DNA from: Zootoca vivipara
Taxonomy: Eukaryota
Assembly: GCF_963506605.1 (NCBI RefSeq)
Contig: NC_083284.1
Coordinates: forward strand, 29,574,001-29,638,000
Length of the DNA stretch: 64,000 nucleotides
Direction of reading: 5' to 3'
Shown: positions 1-12,948 of the stretch, in pieces
How positions within the stretch are numbered: the first letter of the stretch is position 1
Layout: every line of letters begins with the position of its first letter
Notes under the pieces: generated by a model
Database searches by the model: none
Told to the model about the DNA's origin: nothing
What the model saw: only the letters and a program-made list of their open reading frames with translations
Translations under genes and position numbers: made by a program

Positions 1-98
1 TGCACATTTTTGTGTTTATTTTAAATCACACAATGGAGTGGAAATAAAATGGGTATATGAATGAATTTTGGGTCTTCCCTCTTTTTATTCATTTACAG

Positions 99-188
99 CA
101 TAGCTGCCAAGTTTTCCCTTTTCTCGTGAGGAAGCCTATTCAGCATAAGGGAAAATCCCTTTAAAAAAGGGATAACTTGGCAGCTATG
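99..188. mobile_element. 90-bp hAT-type MITE (copy 1)
   Basis: Perfect 15-bp TIRs CATAGCTGCCAAGTT/AACTTGGCAGCTATG. Exact 8-bp TSD ATTTACAG at 91-98 and 189-196. Near-identical copy at 57013-57102. Confidence 0.9.
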
Positions 189-3100
189 ATTTACAGTGCA
201 ATCTGAAGAAGGGGGTTCAAAGGCAGTTCTGTTAGCTGGGCTTGATCTGTCTGGGTGGAAGGAAGGGCAGAGGAATGATATAGTATTCTGCCAATTTTTT
301 AAAAATAGTTTCCCCTCCAACTGGAAACAAAGAGAGAAAGGGGAAGGAGAGATTTAGCTTCACTCAAAAGTATTTCTAAATGGACCAGGAGGGCTTTATA
401 TTAGATCTAAGCTATTGCTCAGAACACCCCTTTGACACCAGAACTCTGACTTCAGTTGACCAAGGCTCCAGAGGAGCTGACATTGTTGAAGAAGGCTCCA
501 ACATCAAATCTCTCCCCATTGCTCTGTAGATTCAAACTATACTATAGACAGATCCAATTCATCCTCTGTCCCCTTGGGATTCTTTCCAGGGACAATAAGA
601 TTGCACTCTTAGTTGTTCTAACCGCAATGATATGCAAATATATTTAACAGAAGCTATACTCTGGAGGGGAAGTTTGGCTTGGCCTGGAGCTGATGCAGTG
701 TTTCTGAATAGGGGGAGTTTGTTTCTAAATCCACCTGCACTGCCCACTTCCCATTCCATAGTTTGGTGCCATCCCTAGTTCCTTTAATTAAGAGGATATG
801 AAAAATATGCATTCAATTAATGTTTTATTGCATATTCTATTTTAGTAACCCACTAAAATATGTTCGCTTGCTCTCAAGATATGTAAAACAATAACATTAT
901 TACAATCAGTCTCATCTTGCACTAGCGCCAACTCTTCCTCATTGTAAACACGTAAACATTTCCTGAGGGGTTATCCTCCTCATTGATAACTTATGAATAT
1001 GAGTCAAATCCCCATGCATGGTATTAAAATCCAGTACATGTTCCCAATTAAAAATGTCCCACAGCGTTCTTGATCATCTTTAGCAATTAGCATAATGCTG
1101 GAGTTCAGCCACAGGGTAAATGTTGTAACCTGACTTGAAGCTCTTAGCCATCAGGTGTTTTCAATTTGTAGCTATATCAAGTGTATGTAACTCCAGAAAT
1201 GTAGAAGAAATCACAGTAAGCGTGGAGCTGGGGCAATTGTCTTGACGGGTTTTGGTTTTGGTTTTGATTGCTGGCATGCAGTTGATCCTTGTGATTAAAC
1301 CATTTCCATTGTGACACAGCCACAGGAATATTATGGAAAGGTTACTGAAATACTAATAGGCCTAGGAACTGAATATTTTCCCCCCTCATTGGTATTGTTA
1401 GGAATTTGGGGGTGGACAGATTCCCTATGATTTCTCCATTGAGTGAAGGGTCAGAATTTGAGCAAACTGATAAATTCCAGTATTTAGCAAGGGCTGGGAA
1501 TAAAGGGCTGGGAAGAACAACCAGCTAACTTCCTCGTGAACCCAGCCAGGAGCTCATGATGGTGGGTTGCTGAACAAACAATGGTGCTGATGGCTACTCA
1601 ATGGGAATCATTGACCAGGGAGAAGTCTCTGCCAGGCACAGAGGGAGGTTGCCAGGGTAAGGGGGCGTTGTGATGTCACTACAGGAAGAGCGGGTTTTTG
1701 TACAACAGAGGTTTAGGAAGCAGGGGTTTCTAGGAAGAAGGAGCAGGAAGTGGGCAGAACTCCATGTGGGGACTGCACTGTTTTTAACCTGCATGTTTCA
1801 TTTAATTATGCTTTTAACTGAGTTCCTTAATTTTTTTAAAAAATGAATGCTACCTGATTTTTTAAATCAATTTAGATATTGTGATATTGCTTAATTTTTA
1901 TGTGGACTGGTCTATGAGTGACAGCCTATGAGAGTCTATGAGCGACTCAAAGGTACTTTTTTCTTTTGAATTTGAAAATTCTCTCTCTCCCTCTCCACCC
2001 CTTTCAGTGGAAACAGAAAGTTGCCTGGAGTCTTATGAGAGACTTTTGTTGGGCCACTTGGGAGATTCCAAAGTCATTAATTTTAGAAGTAGATGGGGAT
2101 AATTAGTATTTCATTTAAGTTAGAGGTCAACGCCAGTGTTCTTTCCTCTACTCCAGACATTTTACAGAATGCTATGCCTCATTGCTTTTATTAGATTCAA
2201 GCAATGGATGAAATAACAATGTTATTAACCTCTAACACTGTTGAAAAGTTAGGAAAAACAGGTGGGGTGGTGGTGGAAAGGTCGGCAAGGCAGTTACATT
2301 TCCTTTCTAGCTGTGTTTGCATAGAATGTGGCAGGACTTAGTATTAGATTTAACAGTCTCTGGGTTAAAAAAAGTTAGTGCAATTCCTTACTGGCCCTTT
2401 TGCAAGGGGTGGATAGCGACACTTAAAAACAAAACAAAACATGCAAAATAAAACAATGCACCCAATTAAATTAAAATCACACAATGTCTGCTGTAGTCTA
2501 GCTATTGGATGATAGCCCAGATAGGATCAAATATTCTACCTTCTCAGAAACAAATGTGATCTGGTATGACCCAGTTTTGTTTTTACAAAACTGGAAATGA
2601 AATCTTCAGGAATACTTCCACGCAGTGGAAACCAGTGAAAGTTTTCTTGATACACTTGGCATTCGAAGTTATCAGGCCAAAAATGTGATAAACCAGTTAA
2701 GTCCTCCGCAAACGTCCAGCCAAACTGACTTTGTAGATTATGATCATTATAAAACTGTTTTGTACAGGGGATGCCATATGCTTTAAATGTATGGTGTCGA
2801 TGTAAGCCCAGATATTAAACTGGATCTAAATCCAAACTCTAACCATTTAGGCCATGCTCAACGCTTGGGCCTTTCCTCTACAATCAGTTCAAAGTAATGT
2901 CCTACTGCATTTTATACTACAGAGATATAATTCAAAAGGACATGGCCACATGCAAATAGCAATGATTTTGACAATAAAAAATTGATATGAACAGCAATGT
3001 CAGACCAGAAAGAATCACTGGACATGCATCATATGCATCAGTAAGGCATTTTCAGCATGGATCAAGCATGGATGTTGTGGAGTCCAGCATACCTGAAACA

Positions 3101-3522
3101 TCAAATTAAGCTGAATCAATTTCAAGTTTAATTCCAAGGAATTGTTATGTATAAAATTCTAAAGCAAATTTCCATTGTTAGGTTGTATAGTGCATTCTAA
3201 TTCCCTATTCCATTGCTCTCTGACCTCCTGAACTTGTACTTTACAAGATTCCAATAAACATTTGAAAAATAATAATTATGGGCTCAGCTTTCTGTGATGC
3301 AAATTATTACTGCCAGCAATTTAAAAGATGTCAAAGCACTCAAAATATGGACAGTCCTTTAACAGACACCACCAGATGCCATAATTGAAAATATTGTCAT
3401 TCAGCACTAATTGGTAGATGATATCTAAACTGCAATTTAGGAAAAAGCAAAAATTCCCTATGATTATAATATTTTTTAGAAATATAGGAAGCTTTCCTAT
3501 AACAGGTCAGTCTATTGGCCCA

Positions 3523-3822
3523 TGTGTGGGTGGTGCTGTGGTCTAAACCACTGAGCCACTTGGGCTTGCCGATCAGAAGCTCAGCGGTTCGATTCCCCAC
3601 AATGGGGTGAGCTCCCGTTGCTCTGTCCCAGATAGGTAGATAGGTAGATACTCGTAACAGTGTACTGTGTGCCAGAAGCGGTTTAGTCATGCTGGCCACA
3701 TGACCTGGAAAGCTGTCTGTGGACAAATGCCGGCTCCCTTGGCCTGAAAGCAAGATGAGCGCCGCAACCCCATAGTCCCCTTTGACTGGACTTAACCATC
3801 CAGGGGTCCTTTATCTTTACCT
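3523..3822 (+). mobile_element. Sauria SINE (internally deleted)
   Basis: tRNA-like head (TGGTGCTGTGG, GGTTCGATTCC), core GTCATGCTGGCCACATGACC, tail CTTTATCTTTACCT. Imperfect TSD TA(T/C)TGGCCCA. Confidence 0.85.
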
Positions 3823-3839
3823 TACTGGCCCAAGTAGTT

Positions 3840-3962
3840 CAGCCTTGTCTACATTGACTGACAGTGGTTCTCTAGGGCTTTAAACAGACAAGTTTTTCCT
3901 AGGCCTACCTGGAGATGCCAGTGATCTTTTGCATGCAGAGCAACATGTTCTGCCACTAAGAT
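3840..3962 (-). mobile_element. Degenerate tRNA-Ala-derived SINE fragment
   Basis: Minus strand CTTAGTGGCAGAACATGTTGCTCTGCATGC...GGCATCTCCAGG resembles a tRNA-Ala head. Similar to 31665-31823. Confidence 0.5.
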
Positions 3963-6698
3963 GCATTGGGCCAGGATTCAACTAACCTGGTCTGTTAGCT
4001 GAAACAAGCCATAGGAACTCTAGAGCAACAGAGCCTCCCCCAAATCTACTCTGGAAGGTTGGAAGAAACCCCAGAACAGTGCACAGGAGGAGGAGGGGAG
4101 AGATTGTTCCATCAGTGGAAGCATTTATGCTTGCCCAACGGAACAATCTCCTTTGAGCAATGTTGAATTCCACAGCACGTAATTTTATGGACTGCAGCTA
4201 TGTTTATAATGGATTTTGTGTTGCCTTGAAAGGATTAGCCCTGAAAGGCAGCATATAAACTCTGAGGATAAATAAAGTAAAGGGCACTGAATCCATTCTG
4301 CCAGAGCCAGTTCTTCTTCTGAGCAGCAGTTGGGTCGGATTTTAGCTTCCTGTGAAACACGCATAAGCGCTGTTGCTGGAGGGACTCACATATGGACATA
4401 GCTGGGCTGGGGTGAAGGCGTGTGGGGCAAAACCCCTGGAGGAGAGCCTTTTCATTCGCAACACCACCTCCAATCTGCTCCCTGAAATTTCATTGAGATC
4501 AGAGACAGGGAGAAGATTGGATGAAAAATACATGAATTAAAAGGCTCTAGTTGCAGGCCAGTGTCCCCCCCCCCCCCCGGTAGGACTATAGCTACTTAGT
4601 GTGGAAGGGGTGCTGGTTTGTGAGGTGAGCTTTTTGAAGACCCACCTGTTCTTCTCACAGCTCTCCACCGACTTTAGCGGAGTGGGTGCATGTCTGATGT
4701 GTGAGAGAGAATGGGTGCGGTGTGGCAATGCCCACTTTTGTTTGGGCCTTGCTTACCAACAGTGTGGCCTTGGTACAATAAAGCTTAGCAACCCCTTTTT
4801 AGTGCACTAGACTCCTGTTTGCTACTAGATTATCTGATAAACCTGCCTTACCAGACCAAATATTGCCTAAATTAGCATTTTGCTTTCAGTAGGCAGTGAG
4901 ATGTGGACAGCCCTTAACCTCCACATTGATTATCAGCTACGGCTACCTTACTCTCCCAGCAACCAGGAGATGGTAACAAAGAAAGTTCAAAATGTTTTGT
5001 GATATTAAAGAAATTGACTGAGATCTCAACAGGTGCTATATAAAGTTACATCAAAACACACACATAGACCTAAGTAAATATTAAGTAGATGTCATCCATT
5101 TTGTACATCTGATAAAAATGATTCGAAAGGATTAATCTGCATTTCCAAGGGACCTGAAATAATGTGTAAATGGATATTTCCTTTCCAATTACTATATTTT
5201 GGAACATTTTAATATTTATGCCTAGCCACAGATAAGAGGACACATCACTAAAATAAATAAATCTATTGACATCATTTAAAACTCTTGCACTATAGTTCTT
5301 CTGGGTAGCAATTATGGTATAACCAACTGATCCAAATTTCTTGCATTACCTGTTTTATTGACATATGTTAATAAAGGATATAAAAAGGGAATAAGTATAC
5401 CGGTAAGTAGAATCACATTCCTAGTGAGCTGTGGTACTTTAGAAAAATGATTGAATGTACTCTGCTAACTAGTTGGTAGTGTTTTTTCTTCGTAACTATT
5501 TGAAACCAGCAAAATTACCTTTGGTGCTGTTCTCTTAGTCAGCATCCCTAACCAGGCTATCATTGATGAAGATTTCTCAAACAAAAAGGAAGGCAGCGGA
5601 TTTAAATTGTGGATGTTGCTTGATTCCCTGGCCCTAAACACATTAGTACACTGTATTTCCCTGCTTATACAGGCTTTTGTATAGTGAACATGTGATTGTT
5701 CAAATGCCCCAGCAGGGCACCCAGAGTTTGCAAGGAGGAGAAAAAGGGGGAAAGGGGGAAAAATTGTTTGGAACAAATTTGCATTAGTTCAAGGGCAACG
5801 TTAAGCATTTTACAGATGGTTTATTGCTATTCTTGTGCTGTTTAAGCTGTCTTTCATGTCAAAAGTCCTTTCCTGCTTACAAATCATCAGGAAGAATTCC
5901 GGCCACCATGCTGTTTGCATAAGCTCCTTCAGGGGTTCTGGCCCTTTGATCACAGATATCGTTTGCAATCGAGTTAAAAATAGGAGGCTGCTGCGATAAG
6001 CCTCGGTTCTGACAGTAGACCAGCTTTCCTTTTTCTTCTCTAACTTTGTTCTCGTCTTTTGTAGTATGGGAACACATAATCTCAACACAGAAGGGCCAGT
6101 GTTGAGGGATAAGAGTGGAGTTTAAAGAAACTGGGGAGGTCACTGAATGAGAAGCAGCTTCTTACAAAGTGTGGTCCACCTTTCGAAGAATGAAAAGGGG
6201 GGAAGTTCAAAAGAACGCAGATGCTTATCTATATATCAGTTTTTCAAGCTGATTAGCAGATTACAGGCAGAGTACAATTTTAACATCCCCAATCCTGCTT
6301 AAAACACTCCCCCCCACCCTTAAACTTTGTGTTTTGCTCTTAATCCACTGAGACTGTTTTAAGGGACAAAGCAAATACTTCTTGAACTCAATCGTGGGAC
6401 CCCCATTGACTTCTATGGATGTGGTGTCAGTCTCGAAGCACATTGCTGTGTTCAGTGTCATCATAAAGGTTCTTAAAATAAACTGCAGCAGAGACAACTT
6501 TATTTCATAGTTGCATTGCGTTTTTTATATAGAGAGAGATTGTTTAAATCATACATTGTTGATTAGCCATTGCAACATAAAAACAAGGTAAAAGAAGCAT
6601 TATGTGTGTGGTGATGAAAAAATCCAGTTTCCGGTGCCTGGTATCTGACACCCCGTTCACATATATGAAAGTTATCATTTGGTGCTGCAGTCAGTAAG

Positions 6699-6767
6699 TG
6701 ATGAACACATATGTGTTCATCAGCCTCAAGAGCTGAGGCATATGTGTTCATCAGCCTCAAGAGCTGA
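6699..6767. repeat. 24-bp perfect palindrome overlapping a 29-bp direct duplication
   Basis: TGATGAACACATATGTGTTCATCA at 6699-6722. CATATGTGTTCATCAGCCTCAAGAGCTGA at 6708-6736 and 6739-6767. Confidence 0.9.
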
Positions 6768-8034
6768 ATCAAGGCCATTCCAAAAAGCACATGGAATTCG
6801 GGATGGGGTGAATACTCAGATTGGGGAAGGTAATCAATATGTGATGCACTGTTTAAAAATTAAAAAATAATTATGCAGTCATTTTGGGAAAATCTAGACC
6901 TCAGTCGGGTCAATCCTTTAAATGGGCTGCAAATGCTGTCATCTTACCGTACTTGCTAGCTTTCCCTTCTGCCTTCATATGCAGAGCCTCAAAACACTTT
7001 TCAAAAGACAGCTTCACACAGAGCATTCAGCTGGAACACTTGCTCAACTGCTTTCAGGGTGAGCAGTACAATTCTAGTACATCCCTAGTCCGATGGCTTG
7101 GGGGTTCCAGGAGAAGCAACAGGGTTGCGTTCACTCTACCCATATCCCAGGACAGGTCATTCATAAGGTTGCCCAAGACAGTTTTGGTCCCAACATTGGA
7201 TTGTAAACTAGACTGATAAAGAACCAGGTAATCAGTTTTTCTCCATGTGGATTATCAGACCAGATTCCTCCTTTATGTTGAAGTAAAATAAACCTAACAC
7301 ATGAGAGGGGGAAAGGTGTATGACTATTACAGTTAATATAAAGGATGAATTGTATTATAACACAATAAATTGTAATAAAGTGCAGTCATAAAATTTTATT
7401 GTACATGACATCAGATAGCTCATAAAATTTAAACCCATACACAGCAGATAATGGTTGCATTCCTTTTTGTTTAATTTGGCTTGAGTCAGTATGATAATAC
7501 TTAATTGCTTGACTATTAAATTCTTTGTTAGGAAATGAGACAATTTCTGTCATGGGAATAGAAGTGAAACACCTAGTTGTGAATGGTGGATATTGCTGAA
7601 ATCCATTAGGGGTGCCAGCATTATGTTGATACTTCGGTCTGATTTCAGCGTCCTTCATTCCCGTGTTGAACAACACAGAAACAAGGAGTGGGGGGCCTCA
7701 CTGGTTGCCCTACACCTGGCACTGCACACTTCCCTTGACATTTGCACATACATCATCTGGGGGCATTCCGGCTGACCACACAGTGTTGAAGATTCTGGGG
7801 CGATCTTCACATATACAAGTGTGTGCCTTGAGGAAGCTGATGTGCTGGGGGTGTATTTTTTCCCTCCCTTCCCTTTCTCTTCCTCCCCCTTCCTTTTTGC
7901 CAATGAACCAGGAAGTAAAGTTTGCTCAGCTTAGGATTCCCCAGTTTTCCCATTAAGAAGCAAGGGAGCAACTTGAGCAATAGGTGGAGGAGGAGGGGAG
8001 AACAGGGCATTATTACAGGCACGACAGAGAGACC

Positions 8035-8879
<845 letters not shown>

Positions 8880-9455
8880 AAGCCTCCCGAGTTGGGAGAG
8901 GCTGTTCTGTGTGGGTTTGACCCTCGTTTCCTCTTTAGGACTGAACCTTTTCCGTTCTGTGGAATCTTCCCATGCTCCTTAGCGGTGGGCATTGGTGACT
9001 TGCTGCGTCCATAGCCGCCACCACAGATGTTGGGCATGGCAGGCGACATTCTGTTACAGGAACGCCTATACCTTCACCACCACCTCCTCTTCCTCAGATT
9101 CGGGGACTTGTTAGGTTGCAAGAACAAGCAAAGAAGTTTGTGCGCTGTTTTCTCCTTCCCCCCTGGAAACACCCCCCCGTTCCGTTGTCCCCTCCCCCCA
9201 GTTTAAAATGAAGGTCTGTGTCTGCTAGAAGTGTAGTGAGCCGCCTCTCTCGTTTATTTCAAACTCTTTTCTCTCCCTGCCCCCCGCTGTTTCAGGGAAC
9301 AAATTACGATGTGCATTTGGGATTTTTGTTTTGTTTTCTTCCATTTTTTCCCCTCTCTGTGTTAAATCTTATAATCCCATGTTTTGCCCTGTCTCGTTTT
9401 TTCGACCCAGTTTTTCCCTTGTGCTGTTTATTCCTTGTGTTCTGCTGGAAAAAAA
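8880..9455 (+). other. Probable co-retrotransposed GOLPH3L 3' UTR
   Basis: CpG-richer, UTR-like sequence follows the stop and ends at an A7 run (9449-9455). Possible 7-bp TSD ATTACAG at 8012-8018 and 9458-9464. No canonical AATAAA seen. Confidence 0.5.
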
Positions 9456-10524
9456 CCATTACAGCCCAAATCTCTATGCAAAAAACAACACGTGTGTGCC
9501 TTCATATGTGTGAAGGCACATACCTCCTGCTCCCCACTACAGACATTAGCAAGTGTGCAACATCAGGGGCTTGGCTGCTTGGTACAGCCCTGCTCCTTGC
9601 TTAGGTGTTACTCAACACAGGAACACAGAACACCTAGATAGGGTTCCTTGGGTTTGGACCCACAAGGCCAGACTACTGTAAAGGGCTGCTATGCAATGCA
9701 GTTGCTACAGAATACCATTGCCTTTCTTGGGCAGCTGGACTGTTGGGAGAGCTTTCTCATTGTTCCAGAGTCTGCAAAGACTCTTGAAAGTTAATTCATT
9801 TTTAAAACCAATTCTATACCACCTTTCACTCCAGAGAGTATCAAGGAAGTTTGCTACCAGCAAAATAAGAACATGTCAATGAAACATATCAACTTGGTTT
9901 TATCTATTTTGCTGGGTGTGATAATGGTAGTTTTGCATTTTTAACTTGCTGTAAGTCTCTCTCAGTCCCCCCCCCCCCGTAAAAAGCATTGAATCAATGC
10001 TTTTAATAATTATAATCCATAAAAATATATCAGTGAAACATGAACTGTAGTAGTTAGCATGCTAAATATGTTTGTTGATATATGAATTGTTTTAACTGTT
10101 TTTAATGCATCTGTTGTTTTTAAATTTATATATATATATGCAATTGTTTTAGCAGTTTTTCTACATGCAGTTGTTTTGCATATGTCTCACACAATCACTT
10201 TGGAGACGCTTCATAGTTTTAAAATGGAGCAAATAAATTGAAAACTGGCACTAAGAGCCTGCAGGTTCCTGCATGCTGGATTCTGGAAGCATGCTGCAGG
10301 TGCCTGCCTAGTCTTTGAGGGAAAGTCATTCCATACCTGTCATGATTCTGTTCAAGAGTCTGGAAGGGTGGCCATGTGTTCTGCTTTGCAGAAGGCAGTC
10401 CTCTAGTTGAAGGCCTTCCAGATAAAGAATAAGAAGGAAGGGCAAGAGTGCTGAAGTTGGCCCTCAACCGTTACTGCCTGAGCAGCGAATGAGTAGACAC
10501 ACCTGGTCACAGTCTACTCCACTA

Positions 10525-11372
10525 TGTGGAAATATACTGTATTTCTATTTAATTTATAGCAGTTATTTTTACATTTGTATCTATACATATAAATTAGTAT
10601 ATGCAGGTGCAACGTATATCCATGCCCTCTTTTAATCCTTTTTTTTTTTTTGGTGATGAGTACATAGCTACCCTAGATTCTGGTCTTCACCTATAAAATA
10701 ATTTTCTTTTTATTCCAGTAGTGCACCAGGGCACCAATAATATATCCCTGCCTTCCTCATTTCCTCACTTTTGTGGGATGGAACACTGGGGCAGACAAGT
10801 CACAACAGTTCCTAGAGTGTCCACTAACAGGAACTCACCTGGAGGGACACCTGACTACAGGTCAGTTCCTGTTCCCTCAGACATGCAAATGAGTTGGATT
10901 AGATAGGCCCCTAGCCTGCAATCACTCGCTCTCTTAGCTACTTCCTCCTTCGATGGGAACACATCTTCAGAGAATCTCTAGTTAGGATGGTTCTCACTCT
11001 AGGCCTGCAGCCAAGAGTGAGACCAAATGGAGTCTTACTTTACTAAGTAGTCTCTAGATGTATATATACTTGTAACTTTTCTAAGCAAGCCTGCCTTTCT
11101 GAGATTATGCTGGTAACTCAGGATGAAACTGTAAGTAAACTCTATCTTATTTTATAAACACTGTGTTGTGTATTTCTTTTAAGAGGGACAAAGGGGACCT
11201 TTGCCAGGAAGTGTAATATTGAAGTATAAAGTGTAATATTGTTATAGAGATTCTAGCGAATCTAACGCTCACGCTTTGCTGCGCGCCAAAGGGGAATGTC
11301 ACTCTGCTGATATTGGAAGCTTGCTAACACAAGCTTGGATAGGACCTATCTAATAATATATCCTAATCCACA
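10525..11372 (+). mobile_element. Candidate solo LTR
   Basis: Begins TGTGGA and ends TCCACA (TG...CA, 6-bp inverted termini). TATA-like TATATATA near 11062 and AGTAAA near 11134. Flanks CCACTA/TCCCTA match only partly. Confidence 0.4.
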
Positions 11373-12602
11373 TCCCTAACATTCCCACAACTTTGAGGAA
11401 CAATACCACTGTCCTTCCTCAGAACCAGGCACCAGGGCAGACAGCCTAGAAGAGCCTTGTAAGGATGCCTCTGCTGGTTTTGGCACAGCAAAGAAGACTG
11501 TTTTAAAATGAACAGCAAACTGTTTAACTTTAAACAGCTTTTCCTGTTGTGGGAAAGCAGCAATCCAACTCTTCCCACAATGCCTTTCTCTGAGGAAGGA
11601 CACTGCATTGAGGTTTTTAGGGAAGTTATATGGAGGAGTACTGCCAGTTGCTTTGCTCTGACAGCAAGTAATGTTTGGACAATTTCTTCTTATATTCCCC
11701 ATCAGATGTTCAGCAATATCTATGGCAATAATGTTTTATCACATTTCTTTGCATTAAAGGAGCAACTGAGAGAATACTAAAAACTATTCAAGCAGAGAGA
11801 GAAATAGAGGAGATGGAAGAGAACAGAAATGATGAAGAAAACAGAATTCAAAACGGTAAATAAATTTCTATTATATTGCCCTTTAAATCTCTCATACCCA
11901 CTACGGCCAGTGTAACCCACCATTGCCAGCTAGAGGGTTTAAACATTGTATTCTCGGTGTCCATGTGAAGAAACACATATATAGTGAATTGCAAGCATAC
12001 ATTAATGTATAGAACAGTTTTTTATTCCTTCCAAATACTGATATGTGATTCTAGGTGAGATTAGAATCTATTCAATACATAACAGAATCTGTACCAGGAC
12101 ACATTCCTGGCCTACCTGCTCCTGGGATTAAATACATCCTGTTTCTGCAGTTAGAAAGCAGCTCTGGAAAAAAACACACGATACTGGCATTCATGACTTC
12201 TAAAACACAAAACAGCTCAGACACAGAGGAAATGGGATACTCAGTCTTCCGCTCTTTCAGTGTCAGGGAAAATGTAAGTTAAATATTACAAATCTTTTTT
12301 GGCAGAATAATCCTTTAAAAAGAATTTCTTTTCTTTCTTTTTTGGGTGAAGTTGTCCGAGTTGCATTATTTTTTAAAAGGAGATACTAGTTTTTGGAACA
12401 TTTCAGATAAACATATGGATGGAAAACAGTTATTCAGTGTTCTTCACTTGGTAGTCAGCTGTGCTTACCTCTAATAGTTTAATGTAGGATCATTTTCATG
12501 CTGTGCCAAGTGCTCTAGAGGATTCGAAAGGAAAGGAAATTCAGCCAATAACTTAATAAGGCAACCCATAGTTTAGATCTTTAATGGAGCACACTAACAG
12601 CA

Positions 12603-12948
12603 CTGAGAGGATATATGATAGTCATCTTCAAATATTGAACGGGCTGTCACATGGAAGATGAAGCAAGCATGTTTTCTCCTGCTTCAGAGGTAGGACCTAA
12701 ACCAGTGGATTCAAGTTACAAGAAAGGAGATTCCAACTCAACATTAGAAAGAACTTTCTGACAGTAAGAGCTGTTTGGCAAGGGAATGGAGTCCCTTGGA
12801 AGGTGGTGGACTCTCCTTCACTGGAGATTTTTAAGCAGAAGTTGGATGGCCATCAGTCATGGATGCTTTAGTTGAGATTCCTGCATTGCAGGGGGTTGGA
12901 CTAGATGATCCTCAGGTCCCCTTTCAACGCTACAATTCTATGATTCTA
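12603..12948 (+). mobile_element. CR1 LINE 3' end
   Basis: Relic of the ORF2 C-terminus (LRG.MI.IFKY..GCH), GGGGGTTGGACTAGATGATCCTC, terminal ATTCTATGATTCTA repeat. Confidence 0.9.

Noticed and set aside
12055-12282. 75-aa ORF between AG and GTAAGT as a coding exon
   Set aside because: Weak polypyrimidine tract and no recognisable protein similarity.
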